Source: Felis catus | Taxonomy: Eukaryota | DNA: 64,000 nt | Assembly (NCBI RefSeq): GCF_018350175.1 | Contig: NC_058368.1 | Span: 54,128,001-54,192,000 of the forward strand | Direction of reading: 5' to 3' | Shown here: positions 33,237-47,508 of the stretch, in pieces | Layout: every line of letters starts with the position of its first letter | Position numbering within the stretch: position 1 is the first letter of the stretch | The notes under the pieces: model-generated | The model's database searches: none | What the model saw: only the letters and a program-made list of their open reading frames with translations | What the model was told of the DNA's origin: nothing | Position numbers and translations under genes: made by a program

Positions 33237-33670
33237 TGTCAATACCCATTCCAAACTCCGTCTCTTCTGACTTCTCCCATAAGATCTAAGGAGAAAAATA
33301 ACCCACAAAAATCCCACCTCCTATAAGCCAGCCTGATGATGTAACACGGCAAGGAGAAGGTGGAGGAAATTCTGAGGGAGGCCTTCCCTCCTTTTCTTGC
33401 AAAGAAAAAGACAAAGTCATGTAAGGAAGGAGATTTTACTCTTCCGCTCGTACCCTTCTTTTTCTTTGTATGCCATGTCGAGAGGTTTAGCAGCTGTCTT
33501 GTGACTATGAGGATGAAAGTCATATGCCAAAAAATGATGGGACGGAAAAGGAGCAGCATGCTGGTTCCTAGGGCAGCAGGACCTTGTTCTGTGAGAGACA
33601 TTCACCCCTCCCTCTAGTCATCGTTTTTTGGGTTTTCTGTTATTTGCGACCAAGCCCAATGCTAACTTCC
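33237..33670 (+). mobile_element. Old MLT1-like LTR
   Basis: Ends ...gggttttctgttatttgcgaccaagcccaatgctaact, similar to old MLT1 3' ends. Confidence 0.5.
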
Positions 33671-35427
33671 TCAGGAGTCTTGCTATCACCCCTCCGCTGT
33701 ACCATGCTTGTTCTCTTCTGAGGTTGTGTGGGGCTGTCATGTCTCCACCTCCCACACTTTGAGGGGCTGCCAGCCAGAATGACTGATGCTTTTCTAGTCC
33801 TACTTCCCCCTTGAGGGGAAAAAAATGTCCAGAGAACAGTGGAGTGGCAGGGATCGTGGTGAAGGCAAATTTCGACTTATGTTACTGTCATCTGATGTCC
33901 TTCATCTTTTTTGAAGTCTTTGACCAGAGATAAATGTCCACTCTCCATTGCCTCTGCCTCAGTCAGTTGATGCCTCTCTCTAGAAACAGGAGACATATTT
34001 TCACTTGTTTCACATAGAGTATAACCAAGCAACTATTATACTCATGATGTAATAATGGAGGGGTGGATTTGTTGTTTAGAGCTATGATCACATTTTAGAG
34101 AAACAGGATGATGTAGGATTTGATAAATGTGGATAATGCAAAGTCATGTCTGTAACTGAATTTTGAGAGGTGGCTAAAAAGAGTAAGAAACATCAGGGGT
34201 TATACAGAGGGATGGATTAAAGAAAGAAAGGGCCAGATGAGGAAGGAAAGACCAGAGAGATGGTTTAGGCTGGAGTCCTAAATTGAATAAAATGGTCTGT
34301 GAGGGGAAAAAAAATATCACAGCCATGAAGGTCGCTAAAGGACTGTTTAATAATGTCAATGCAGTATTTAGTTCGAATGGATGCTTGGCTTGAATGTAAA
34401 ACTTCTTCTATGTCTTCCTCTCTTTATATGCCAGTTAAATCTGTTATTTTCCCAAATGATTTTGGAGAGAAACTACAGGAAAAGCCTGACTGTCACCTTT
34501 GGTTCAACAAAATGCCAAATAGATGTTGGAAAAGCAGAGTGGCTCCATGATTCAATGAAACTGCCACTAAAAAAGGCCGATGTTCTAAGGCTTCCTGAAA
34601 ATCACCAAAATCTCATAGAGCAGACTTCTCAGTAATGCGATGTGGTTTACAGAGCCATGTGGACCCTGGCATAGGCATTAACCATTTAGAAGAATTGCTA
34701 AATTCTTATAAACAGAAGGGTCTATCCTAATAGGTATAAAATTTTGCTCCAATATTATTTCGTATTTGGGAAACTTTGGGGAGAAAATTTTTGTTTTTCC
34801 CTAAAACTTTTTTGCTTTTTTATCCTATGTGTAACGTAAGCGAAGGAGCAAAAGAACTGTTTTGTTTTCCAATAGATTCCTGGAATCCAGGGCAGACCTA
34901 TGTAAGGGGTCTCAGTAGGTCATACCTAGTCACATAATAGATCTCAAGAAATACTTTTGATTGAATAAAATTGATTTAGAAATGGATTTTAAAGACATGA
35001 AATTAGGAGAGTATAGATTAAGAAGTTATGACTTCTTTTGTTCCAAGTATTGTCTAAAGATAATACGTTATTTAAAAATTGTATTGAAACCCTACACTGT
35101 ATATTGCTATAGACACATTCAGATCCATTGGTAGAGCAACACAGAACTTTCTGCATTAGCACCCTACTGCTACATTGGATGAAAAAGTTCACTTGTCAGT
35201 TGTCACATTTTTTTTAAAGATTGTTTTGCCAAACCTCATTCATGGTAGAGTTTTTGTTTTGCTCTTTGCATTTATTTTGATGCTAAAATACAATGCTATG
35301 TGTAATGAATTTGAACTACATGATTGAAGAAATTTTAAGCAAGACAAAGTAATTAAAAGTAGCTATAAATAACAAAAACTTGGAAATAATGTATTAATCA
35401 CCTGGATTTAGAGCCAGGCCATTTTTA

Positions 35428-35662
35428 TTTTTTATTTTTATTTTTTTAAAACTGTTTTTTTAAATGTTTTATTTATTTTTGAGACAGAGAGAGAGCATGA
35501 GCAGGGGAGGGGCAGAGAGAGAGGGAGACACAGAATCCGAAACAGGCTCCAGGCTCCGAGCTGTCAGCACAGAGCCCGACGCAGGGCTTGAACTCATGAA
35601 CCCGGAGATCATGACCTGAGCCGAAGTCGGACGCTCAACCGACTGAGCCACCCAGGCGCCCC
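35428..35662 (-). mobile_element. Can-SINE (SINEC_Fc-like, CpG-rich)
   Basis: Perfect 17-bp TSD gagccaggccattttta at 35411-35427 and 35663-35679. Confidence 0.97.
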
Positions 35663-35758
35663 GAGCCAGGCCATTTTTAAATACTATCCTAATTGCTTTT
35701 ATCCATGTTATCAATCCTATTACTAGAATATTTGTATTTTTAAATACATAATATATTT

Positions 35759-35812
<54 letters not shown>
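35759..35812. repeat. (TA)n microsatellite
   Basis: Read directly. Confidence 0.97.
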
Positions 35813-35815
<3 letters not shown>

Positions 35816-36034
35816 ATGTATGCAGGTATTTTATTGAAAAATCCTGATTTTTTTCATCAGCATTCACCATAAATTCCTTCTTCTTCATTTCCCCCATATA
35901 CTTCATTATCAAAAGACCCTGTTTCTTCAGAAGCAGTAAAAGGCTGTCAGACAAAAACTTCCTCAACTGAACCTCATGCTTTCCCCTTCTGATGTAGGAA
36001 TTAGTTACATTGTTTTCAAATTGGTTGCAAATTC

Positions 36035-36172
36035 CAAGAGAGGTGGTGGGTTATATCAATGTAAATATCTTGTCTACTATATTCTACTATGGTTTTTATA
36101 AAAACGTCACTGTTAGGGAAACTGGGTAAAGTGTACATCCATGTCTCAGTTTTATCTTTCTATCTATCTATC

Positions 36173-36216
<44 letters not shown>

Positions 36217-36270
36217 ACAAATCCATGTGAATCTACAATTATCTTAATAAAAATTTCAGCTGAAATAAAA
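36035..36270 (+). mobile_element. L1MC-like 3' end containing a (TATC)n tetranucleotide repeat (~36161-36214)
   Basis: tatatcaatgtaaatatc...gggaaactgggtaaag.gtaca...ttacaaatccatgtgaatctacaattatct.aataaaa. Confidence 0.75.
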
Positions 36271-37031
36271 TCCAACATAAGTCTGTTTCCCAGCAGGACA
36301 GGTTGGCTTTGGAAATGCAGGCATTTGTGATGCTTATTGTAAAATAAAGCCAGATTATTGATTAATTAGCATGTTGTAAATTGAAGTGTCTTTCTCCTCC
36401 CTAAAGATAATCCCTCACACTTAACTTTTGATTTATCTCTTCTTTCAATGGCAGGATCTTCCTCCTTTGAATAACTCCTGTATCACTATATGTTCATTTT
36501 TCCTTTTTGAATGTGGTAGTGGCATTACTTAATTGTTCCCTGAATTTATTGTTTTATAGCAACTTCCAGCTTCTGATTTCTGATTTTGAGAATCTGTGCA
36601 CCTTTGAATGGATGAAATCAGTGCTGGAGAATATTGCTGAGGTTTGATCACGTCCTCCTGGACTGAAAGATTGGTTCAGTAGTAGAATCATGACATTCAC
36701 AGTTCCAATCAAATTCCAGAGAATGTTGTGGGAACTCAAGCTTTCTGTGGTATGCAGATGTAAGGCCTACATCTCTTCTGTTACTATAACCAGCAAGCCA
36801 GGGATGGACTTCCTTCACAGAGGTGAGCAGACTTGAGAGAGAGGCAGAGGAATGGATATATGATCAAAAATTAACCAAAGACTACATAAGATAACCATAC
36901 AAAAACCAACCAGGCAAACAAACAAACAAGCAAAAACCAGAACCAAAACCCAAATCTTTTACTGTTACAACATAATGCGTCTTACTGAACTTGACTAATC
37001 TTGACTTCAGCAATAGAAAACAGGGTGTTGT

Positions 37032-37240
37032 GGGGCACCAGGGTGGCTCAGTTGCTTAAGCATCTGACTTTGGCTCAGGTCATGATCTCACAGTCTGAGT
37101 TGGAGCCCCACGTCAGGCTCTGTGCTGCCATTTGGAGCCTGGAGCCTGCTTCAGATTCTGTGTCTCCCTCTCTCTCTCTGCACTTCTCCCACTCGCACTC
37201 TGTCTCTCTCTCAAACATAAATAAACATAAAAAAAGAAAA
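37032..37240 (+). mobile_element. Can-SINE
   Basis: TSD agaaaa(c/t)agggtgttgtg at 37015-37032 and 37241-37258. Confidence 0.95.
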
Positions 37241-37499
37241 AGAAAATAGGGTGTTGTGAGTAAAAATGGGCTGGAGAGTTTGCTTTCTTATTTGTCCTTA
37301 CAAAGGAGTTTTTCCAACTATGGCTTGTTAGGCTTTGAGATAAGGACCATGTAAGAAAGGTCAAAATGCTAAAATGTGTTGAAGTCTTCTTCTAATGTTT
37401 AGTAATGTCCTATGACAAAGAGATCTGCTTTGATTGAAATCAGGCCTCTGAAAGTTGAGGAGAGAGAAAATATGTTTTGTTAAGGAGGGTCTTCTACTT

Positions 37500-38790
37500 G
37501 TAGACTGTTATCAAAAACTACTTAGAATCTGGTTATCTGGTTTCTCATAGGGTTGGGATACCCAAATCCTGGCCCCAAGCTGTGGTTAATATATGCAAAA
37601 GAAGGGGGAGAGAGGATGTAGCAAGAGACAAATTTAGGGTACAGGAGAGGCTTGCTTTTCCAATCTTATTCCTAGTTCCTCTGCTGAGGCTTCACTATTT
37701 GTCAAAAAGTAAAAACCCTTCATGTTTTGGTGAAATACCTGGGATGTAGCCATGGGGAGCAAGGAACACATTATATTTGCCTTGTCAGTCACATGATTTT
37801 GGGTGGAAACTGTTATACTGAGGGCTGGAGTAAGGTAGAAACCAATGCTGGCCTAGTAGGAAACCGAAATTTCTAGGTCCATGTCTTGGTTTAACAGCTC
37901 TTACTGGATAACATCTATGGTTTTAACTAACAGCCTTTGATATGGGCTAGAAACAAATAGATAAGAATACTTTTTAATTTCCCATGCCAGCAGCATTTAC
38001 CATGAAACCTAACCAAACCTAGCTAAAAATAGCCTATATCTGTTCAACCCTAGACCCTGAATTCATACTCTCAGAAAGTAGTCAGCTCAGACACAGCAGC
38101 CATTCTCTCGTCTATCTCTGATGTTGCAAAGGGGTAGGGGATAGATAAGGAAACTCTCCCAGAAAGTTGTCCTAGGAAGTGTGCATTTAGAAGGGGCTGG
38201 AGAGCACTGTTGATTTCAATTCTTCTTTATCTCAAATGGGAGGTTTTATTGTAATGATCCTGTTCTCCCTTCACTAATAAATGCTAGCTATTGTGTGGTG
38301 GACCAGTTCTCAATTTTAGCTGTAGGTACTGTAGGTGTTCTTGGAGAACACAGTACCTGGATACAGTAACTGGAAAGGATTTTGAGTTCACTCCATTTGG
38401 GGAGGGAGGGAGTATATTTCACATAGGCACAGGCGTCTTTAAAGTGTGTATCTGGGATGAAAGATACGTTTGGATGTCAGATATAGTAAGCAAAGGTGTG
38501 CACTACAGTGGAATCACCTTTTGGTTTTCTCCTCATGTCTATTGCCAACTTTTCCCTCATTTCACCAACAATCTCTAATTGGGCAAATCACGAGGCACCA
38601 AGGAAGCCAACCCCACTGCTGACTCCAGGGACTGGTTTTTACCAGAGAAGCAGAAACTTTTATCAAACCATTCCTGAAGGTGACTCTACTTCTGGATCAT
38701 TTTGTTTAAAGAGTCAATAAATTCTCTTTGTTGTTTAAGCAATTCAAATTAAATTTCATATGTATCACATAACAGGAAAACATATTCAAA
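37500..38790 (+). mobile_element. Possible old MaLR internal fragments plus LTR
   Basis: Ends aataaattctctttgttgtttaagc...ttc.tatg.atcacataacaggaaaaca, MLT1-like. The internal part is weakly supported. Confidence 0.4.
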
Positions 38791-38803
38791 GCTCAAATCC
38801 TTT

Positions 38804-39036
38804 TCTTTTTTAAATTTTTTAAAAAATGTTTTATTTATTTTTGAGAGACAGAGAGAAACAGAGCATGAGTAGGGCAGGAGGAGAGAGAGAGACAGAGGGA
38901 GACACAGAATCCAAAGCAAGCTCCAGGCTCTTGAGCTGTCAGCATAGAGCCCGTTGCAGGGCTTGAACTCACAAACCGTGAGATCATGACCTGAGCCAAA
39001 GTCATATGCTTAACCGACTGAGCCACCCAGGTGCCC
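38804..39036 (-). mobile_element. Can-SINE
   Basis: Full body; TSD ctcaaatc(c/t)ttt. Confidence 0.95.
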
Positions 39037-39069
39037 CTCAAATCTTTTTCTGGAAAGAAAAGAAACAAA

Positions 39070-39427
39070 TCTCCTTTTGCATCTGAATCCTCCTGGCTAT
39101 CGTTTCATTATTTTTCTTTTTATCATTCCAGTTGTTGAAAATGCAGTGTTTGCTTGATCTCTGCAATTCCTCTTCTCTCATTTACTTGACAGCCCCCTGG
39201 CTTCTGCTTTCCATCCTAATCGTTGTACAGAAACAACCATACATAAGGACATAAGTGGCTTGCAAATAGTCAAATAAGCGGACCTGTTTCAGTTCTTAAC
39301 TTATTCAGTACCTCTCCATTGGTGTCAGTTGATACAAACTTGCTTTTTTCTCTTCTTTTCTTTCTTGACCTTCTTGAAGCCCCTCTCTCATTACTTGTTT
39401 TTAAGTTTATTAGTTTTGAGAGAGAGA

Positions 39428-39458
<31 letters not shown>

Positions 39459-39760
39459 CAGGGGAGGGGCAGAGAGAGAGGAAGAAAGAGAATCCCAAGC
39501 AGGCTCCATGCTGTCAGTGCAGAGCCCAGCACAGGGATTGATCCCAGGAATGATGAGATCATGACCTGAGCTCAAATCAAGAGTCGGACACTTAACTGAC
39601 TAAGTCACCCAGGCGCCTCTTATTACTTCAGTATTTTATATAATTTTCAAACAGCTTCTGCTCACTCCTCTTGCTTTCTCTTCTATGTTCTCCTATTTTC
39701 CAGAGTTTCATTGATGCTTTCTTTTTCCCATTCCTTTGAATTGTAAGCAAGTCAAAGCTT
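39070..39760 (+). mobile_element. L2 fragment interrupted by a Can-SINE (39397-39617, minus strand)
   Basis: ctggcttctgctttccatcc...tacagaaacaacc...tcagttcttaacttattca.tacctctc..ttg..tcagttga. SINE TSD ctct(c/t)attactt. Confidence 0.65.
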
Positions 39761-40031
39761 ACTATACATCCTTATATAAATTAAACATTTTCCTAGCTTT
39801 GTGGCAATCCCCAGGACTCCTACCTCCTCCAATCTTCTTGTTTCTAATATAAATTATTGCCTCTGTGACTTGAAACTTGATTTTAATTCTGAGTAGTCCA
39901 AACTCGATAGTCTGATATGTGTTTGCTTTAACTGAATTTCAGCACAGTCATATGAATTTATGCTTGGGTTATCACTGGTTTTCTACTCCCCTGTGGCATT
40001 GGTTAGGAATTCTCTGTCATACCTTGGTCCT

Positions 40032-40565
40032 TGTACTAATCAGGGTTCTCCAGAAAAATAGAAGCAAGAGGATATATACAGATACATAGAAATAGGTTTG
40101 TTAAGAGGGATTGGCTCACATGAGCCAGTGAACCACTTATGGAGGCTGAGAAGTCCTACAATTAGCCATCTGCAAGCTGGAGGCCCAGGAAAGCCAGTGG
40201 TAGTCCCAGTCCAAACTTGAATGCTTGAGAACTGGGATGGGGGCAATGACTTACAGTCACAGTCTGAGTCCACAAGTCTGACAACCAGGAGTGCTGATGT
40301 CCCATGGAAGGAGAAAATGGTTATCCCAGCTCCTGAAGAAGCCAAATTTATCCCACCTCTGCTTCTTTTTGTTCTATTCAAGCCCTTAACAGATTGGATG
40401 ATGTCCATCTGCAGTGGTGGGGGTGATCTTCTTTACTCAGTCCACTGATTCAAATACTAATCTCTTCTAGAAACACCTTCACAGATACACCCAGAAATAA
40501 TGTTTTGCTTGCTACCTGAGTATCTCTCAGTCCAGTCAATGGAACACATAAAAGTAACCCTCCCA
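40032..40565 (-). mobile_element. MLT2-type (ERVL) solo LTR
   Basis: tgtactaatcagggttctccaga...ggaggctgagaagtcc...ctgcaagctggag.cccaggaaagcc...ctttactcagtccactgattcaaat.ctaatctc...cacataaaa.taacc. Confidence 0.9.
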
Positions 40566-41349
40566 GGTGTATAGAACACAACCCCTACTTCATCCTTCCT
40601 CCACGTCAAGACAAGGTAAAGAGGGAAGAATTGAACATAGATTCATTTTCCTTCTTACCACCCCCTGTACATTAATTAAAGCTGGCTGTATTACAGCATC
40701 AGTGAAATCCTAGAAGGCCATTGGAAACCAAGAGAAAGATACAAAGGAGGGCTTCATAACTGGAGGAATTTTTTTGTTATCATATCATAGTCAGCATCTT
40801 TAACCAGTGATATTGGTTTTACATGAGGTAAGTAACAAAGAGAAAAAATGAATTTAAAAGCTGAGGGAGGAGCTGGTAGATTCCCTTTTTGGTCAAGTAG
40901 AACCTAATTGGATGGATGGTTCTTTAGAACTGTGCACTTAGGGTGGTCCTGGGGGAAAATGGAGAACCTCTGCATATATTGGAGATCTATGTGGGAGTGT
41001 TAGTGGCAGATAGCTGGTCCCTTATTTGTGTTACTTTTAGAGATATGCCCTCTGAAAGAGTTGTTTAAAATGTAGAGGGGTTTGTTATTCTTCAGACTTT
41101 GCAGTTTGAAGTTGCCAGAAAAGAATGTAAGGCTTGGTTCTTGGGTTAGAAACTTGGGGCAGGTAATAATTATTTGAAATCATTGCTCACTGAGAAGGAG
41201 CTGCCAAAGACAAGAAAATATTTTCAAGGGGCTCTACATGTCCAAGGAAACTAGAGAGAGTAATTAACGTCATACCATCTCATCAAGAAAGGAGCTGTGG
41301 TCCAGAATGATGTGATTTATTTTCTAGTCTTCCTAAACTCATCTCTTAA

Positions 41350-44190
41350 ATTATGGTATTCTCCAGATGTCCATCCTCGACCCACTGTTCTCATGCTGTG
41401 AACTCTTCCAGAGTGATCTCATTTCCTCTCGTGATTTCAGTTCCTGATGACTTCAATCCTCTATCTTTATCCTTGACATTTTCCCACAGATTCATACTTC
41501 TATCCATCTGTCTACTCTATGTCTCCCATAATGTGTCTTAGAGTCTCAAACTCAACTTTTATAAAATGGTAATTACTCCCACCATCACAAATCTGCTCTT
41601 CTCCCATCTGCCCTACTCCTTTATTATTACTATTTCTCCATTCTTTGTGGTGTTTGGAAATACTGACAATACCTCATTTACCCTGGGCTAAAAATGGTCC
41701 TCAGTGACACTTTCTTCTCTTTATCCCAATATCCAATAACTTCCTATGAATTTTAACTCCTCTTTTTCTACCCTCTCTCCCCTACATTCAGTCATTCTTT
41801 ACCCTTACTTGGATCAGGCCACTGTCCTCTTTTATCTTAAATTATTGCAAGAACTTCTTAACTGGTCTGTCAGAATTTTCATTGTAAGCAATAGAAAATG
41901 ATGTTGGCTAGCTCACGTAGAAGAAAATATTTCATAAAGGTTTGGGAATATTTATAGAATCAACAGGATAGTTGGAGAACAAAATTCAGAAAATGTGCGG
42001 AAACCAATGGAGTCTAGTCATCTGGGGCCATAGCCAATGGGATGTGTTATAACAATCTGTTTAGAATGTTACTGTTAGCACTGGCCTTGCTGAAAAAAGT
42101 ACCCTTCTTACCTCTGGCCTTAATGACACTCTGGCCCCTGAACAGTGCTATTTTTGAACGCCACCACTAACTGTCCTTTCACATTATTCACTCCACATTC
42201 AAAGTTCTGAGTGCAAGTATTGAACAGCTAGCCCTAAACTACATGCCCATGCTTTAGGTACTGGATGGTGGGGAGGAAAAAAATTTCTGTCCTCATTTGG
42301 TTGCTGTGGTGGGAAGTGAGTCCTGCTGTCCCCAAGGTTCACACACTAGGGCAATTCTTTTATATGGGAAATACTGAAAAATTGGGTAGCAAGAATAATA
42401 GTAACAAAAAGAAATATCTAATAAATGGACCTCTTTAATCAATCTTCCTCATGGAAACCAGGGGAAGAGAGGAGACCAGTACTCATAAGGAAGTTGCTGC
42501 AGAGACACCTGCAAGAAATTATGGGCTCCTGAAGTAAAGTTGTGACAAAAAGGTGTAGAGAAATGGGCAGATCTAAGAGATTTGTAAGGGCTAGCATCAA
42601 CAGGGATTTGTGATTTACAGATGTGTGGGATGAGAGAGATAAAGAAATCAAGATTGGCATTGAAATTTATTTCTCAAACAATGAGGAAGGAGTAATGATT
42701 CCTTTAATTTGGAGTGCATTTAATTTGGGGGCTTGTGGGAGAGTCAGTGAAGATGTCATTTAAGTAGATGGCTCTGTGAGTCTGGGGTTTAGAGGACAGA
42801 GCAACATTGGAAATGTGTTTTTGGAGCCATTGTTGTAAAATTGATAATTAACGTTGTAGGAACTATGTGATCACCCAGGTATGGTATACACAGTGAGAAT
42901 GCCCAACTCCATCAAAGCTGAGACAAATAAGTTCTGTTGTCCCACCTGCCTCTTTGTGGCAGCCATCCAGAGACATTTGGGCCACATAACCTCAAATCCT
43001 CCAGATTTAGCACTTGGCTCATTGCTTCTCCTTTGTTAACATCAATCCTGCCAAATTTTTGGTGATTTCAATATGCCTCTACTGAGTGTATTTCCATCAC
43101 CCTGGTCTCTCAAATCCTTGATCTCATTTTCAAAGATTTAATCTTTCATCCTGCATCAACCTCTCACTTTTTATTGCCAGACCCTGGATTGGTATTTTTG
43201 AATCATGACCTTTTAGCAGATCTTGAAATCAGTGAATTTGTCATAAGCAGCATTTCTTCCAAATTAAATTTCTTTCAAAATTTCTTCTAAATTGAAAATA
43301 TTAGCATGCTTAGTCTATGCTTAGTGTCTAGACTGGGTTATACATTGATATAATCTAATTGTATACAAGATTTACAATCGTTCACATTCTGTAAAAAGAG
43401 AAAAGATAGACTAAAAAGCAAGATGGCAAGTTTGGGTGGGATTATTTTGAATTTTTTTAGTGAATTGCAAAAGTATGTTTTCAGACAAGAAGAAGGACAA
43501 GAATGATATCTTTGCATAGACAAGGGGAAATGGAATCCAATACTCAAAATATGATTGCTCCTACTTTCTCTGTTTAACTGTGTAATTAACTTTCTTTGTC
43601 TACAATATTATTCTCACCTGTATACAAAGATGTAATAAAATCTGCAAGGAAAAAAAAGAAAAAGGCCCCAAGAAACCATATATCCTACTCCAACTCCTTC
43701 ATTTTTGTTTCTTTTTTACAGAAAATTTTCTGTACACATTATTTCTTTTCTTTTTTTCTTTGAAACTTATTATGACCACTGCAGTCAGATTCTTATTTTT
43801 ACTGCCCTACCAAAACTGCTCTTTTGAAGTTACAAGGATCTCAATAAAAAAAGCATTTGATCTAACTTAATTATGAACAATGTTTGACATGGCTGATCAT
43901 TGTCTCCTTTTTGAAATGCTTTCCTTGCTTGACCTGATTCTTTAATAGTGTCTCTTCATTCTTCTCACACTTCACTAGTATCTCACTGGTAGCATTTTAA
44001 AGTGTTAACCTCTTCCTCCAGGTGGACACAGTCACTTCCTGTGGTTTTAGTGAGGCCACTGAACTCTTCCAGTTTATTTTTCCCCTCTTGAGAGACTACT
44101 CAGTTTTCTTCACAAGCTTCTTTTATTATTATCCCCCAAATCCTCAAATATGAATGTTCTTCATGGATCCCTCCTTAGATCTCCATTCTT
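41350..44190. mobile_element. Mosaic of old L2 fragments (both strands) with an old MLT1-like LTR (~41870-42430)
   Basis: L2 motifs such as gtctcaaactcaac..t.taaaa, attattgcaagaacttcttaactggtct and ccaaaactgctctt...tttgacatggctgatcatt. Boundaries approximate. Confidence 0.55.
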
Positions 44191-44191
44191 T

Positions 44192-44333
44192 ATTTATTCA
44201 ATAAATATAGAGGAAAGGTTTATTATGGATCGACATTATCATAAGTGTTAGAATGTAGCAGTGAACCAAATAAGCAGAATTTGTTTCCATGAAGTAGGAT
44301 CTGGTGGGAGGCAGGAGAAAATAAAGACATAGC

Positions 44334-44364
<31 letters not shown>

Positions 44365-45327
44365 CATGGATGAATGAAATGAATGAATGAAAATAAAGCA
44401 CAATGAGGCTATACAAAGTTACTCAATGGAGAGGCAGTTTTATGCAGGGGTCAGGAAAAGTCCTGAAAAAAATAAGGGAAGTTACAGGTTATAATTTGGA
44501 AGTGTATATTTCAGGAAGGTGAAACAGCAATACACAAAGAACTTCAAGTAGGAGGATGCTTAGTATGTACAAGAAAAAGCAAGAAGACCAGTGTGTCTCG
44601 AGTGGGAAGAAAGAGAGAGGGGAATGGTAGGGTATGGAGTGAGTGAAGGAGGTGAGGACCATAGCAAGGAAAGCTTTGTGAACCATGAGAAAGACTTCAA
44701 ATTTTATTCCAAGTGAGATGAAAAATCACAAGAGAGTTTTGATCAGCAAGAACCCATGTCTTGAAGTTTAACTTTGCTAAGGAAGGACTGAATGATTTTA
44801 GTGAAAGTTGGTGGGGGGAAAGTGAATCATAAAGGCCATTTAAGAAGTTATTGAAATCAGTCCTCTGAGAAGTGATGACAATTTGCCCTAGGGTGGTGGT
44901 GGGAGAAATGATGAGTACTGGAAAGATTCTGGATCCATTTCAATGACAAAATTGACAGGATTTCTTGAAGGTTTGGATGTAAACCTTGAGAATAAGAAAG
45001 AAGTCAAGGATAACTCTATGAGCAGCTGGTAGAATGGAGTTGCCATTAAATGAGGTGGGGGTGACTAGAGGGTAAACAGATTGGGAGAAGGTGTTGGGGA
45101 AATCAAGTTTTGGTTCTGTGCATTTTAAGCTGCACCTACCTGTTAGAATTTAAGTGTGTATGTTAAGTAAGCAGGTGGGTATGATACTGGAGTTTAAGGG
45201 AGAAATCCATGTTAAAAGTATACATTTGGTTATTGTCAGATCATAGTTGAAGTCATGGGACTAGAGAGTTGGAAGTCACCTAGGATGAGAGTTAGATAGG
45301 GAATTAAAAAGTCGGAGCCCCTATTCT
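44192..45327 (-). mobile_element. L2 3' portion, about 1.1 kb
   Basis: Starts attcaataaatat, then aggaaggtgaaacagcaa..acaaag...gaagtcaaggataactct...gaatggagttgccattaaatgag.tggg...atactggagtttaagggaga. Confidence 0.8.
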
Positions 45328-45340
45328 TGTACATATGTCT

Positions 45341-45370
45341 GTTTTTTTTAATTTTCAAAGTTTTATTTAT

Positions 45371-45430
<60 letters not shown>

Positions 45431-45580
45431 GGGTAAGAGCAGAGAAAGATGGAGACAGAATCCCAAACAAGCTCCACACTGTCAGCGCAGAGCCCAATGC
45501 GGGGCTCGACCCCACGAAGCATGAGATCATGACTTGAGCCGAAGTCAGAAGTTCAAGTGACTGAGCCACCCAGGCACCCC
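45341..45580 (-). mobile_element. Can-SINE with long (GA)n (~45374-45427)
   Basis: Full body; imperfect TSD tgtacatatgtct / tatacatatttct. Confidence 0.95.
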
Positions 45581-46649
45581 TATACATATTTCTTCTAGCA
45601 AGGGCGGCCCCACTTAGCCAGGAGTCTCTGATGTCAGTTCATTCTTCTTGCTGTCTTGAGCCTCAGCATTGCTAATGCCCTTAACTGTGACATCAGAGTG
45701 GAGTCTTCAAATGGCTCTGATTCTGAGTAGACATTGGAGCTAAAAACTAATGGAATATCAGGAGTTTTCTAGTTCAGGAGAAAATGAAATAAATTTGGCT
45801 GCAAAGAATAAGAGGATTTTTTTTTTTAACTAGAGAGCTGAATTTTGTCATGGATCTTTGCCAAATCTGTCCAGATGCTGCCCTGCTAAGAAGGGAGAGG
45901 AGGATGAGTATTATCAACAAGGCAAGGTCATGTTGGAGGAGCCCCTGGGACACCGACCCCTTTGTGATAATACGTGCAGGATTATAAGCTAGGCTCGTCT
46001 AAGCAGGATGCTGGTGGAGCAGCATGTCGGGCTGCCTGGTGGATTTTTTATTATACCAACAGAGAATCGCTTGAGGAGTGTGTGGGAATTGGAGCCTGGA
46101 ATCATATACTTTTGGTCATCTCCATTTTGGCTTGTGGTAACATTAAATCTTCTCCCTTCAACGCTGCTCCTGTGTTGCCTTTGGCTAGCATTCCTTCTGA
46201 AGTCATGCGCCTTCTGGCTTCTGGCAGGTGGTGCAAGGGGCCAGTCTCTATGTTGGCAATGGGAGTGCAAGCATGCCTCTTGGCACGAATGTCAGGGGGA
46301 TGCCAGCTAAAAGAGTCACACTTTTTGCCTTGGAGTTTGAAGTCAAATCTCTACCCATCCTCTTCTAAAACACCTGTGACAGCACATGTGTATTTGGGGG
46401 GAAAGGATATGTTTTTATAAATTTAAGGAAGTAGCAAAATATAGCAAACAATAAAAACTGAAACTCCTGAATGAAGACATGGGTCACATAAATGGATCAT
46501 CTGAAATACATAATGGACCACTAAATGAACCATCCACATTTGCAGAATGTTCTTCAAGCGTGTTCACTCTCCAATTAGTGGGTTGTTATTACTGTATTCC
46601 CTAAGGGTTTTAATTTAAAGGCCAGATACAAATGGAGCAAAGAAATTGA

Positions 46650-47320
46650 ATGAAAGGATATTGAGAGTCTCAGAATCACTGGGAAGGCTGAACCAAGAGG
46701 TTCTGATCTCATGCAGTAAGAACCACAACCTAAAACACATCATATAACTGGTCTGGAGAAAATACAATTGCATCTAATGCTAAGAACTATACCTTGATGT
46801 GTATCCCACCCACACTGCTCCCGGGGATCCCCTGGGTCTGCCATCCCTGAAAAACAGATACTGATGTTTCCACTACCACCAGGATCAGCTCATATTTTCA
46901 GCTCTTCCTTCTTTACATTGTTAATTTCTGATTTATAATACATGGTGGGTGCATCTGATTGGCTCAGCATGGTAAATGTGCCCATCACTAGTGGCAAAAA
47001 CATCTGGGTTGGTTGTATTTCTGGCATCTTCTGCTTCTACAGTAGGATATGCCTCCCATCAAGATCTATAAGATGTAAAATTTCCTAAATGTACAGACGA
47101 AGGTCAGATGCTGGGCAGCCAAAAAAGTGACATGTCTATAGTAGTATATACCCTTTGGCTGCTTAAAATCAACACATACTTCTTTCTAAATGTACATTTC
47201 TAAAAGAAAATTGCTTGCACGTAACATGATAAACTATTCCATATAAAACCGAGAATACACCCACTACCTTCCAAAATGTAAACAACTCAAATCTTATCAG
47301 TTACTACATCTAGCTCAGGC
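46650..47320 (-). mobile_element. Old MLT1-like LTR with adjoining internal fragment
   Basis: ctcagaatcactgggaaggctg...gggtgcatctgattggctcagc...gatgctgggcagccaaaa. Confidence 0.5.
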
Positions 47321-47508
47321 CACACTCTTTGAGTAATATCCTTTCCTCCCTTTGCTTTGCCATGACCCCAACCAGAGATTCCTTCAACTTTGGATTCGTT
47401 GTGAAGTTAACCACTTCACATAAAACAGTGGGGAAAGGGAACAAAAGAGTAGGAAAATTAGTAGAGGTGTATAAGTATATATGGGACATAGAGAGGAAGT
47501 CTTTTTTT

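Noticed and set aside
45974..46420. 148-aa ORF with overlapping ORFs in unique DNA
   Set aside because: GTG start, no recognisable domain and no clear splice context. An ORF of this length can occur by chance in 64 kb. A BLASTp or PhyloCSF signal would reopen it.
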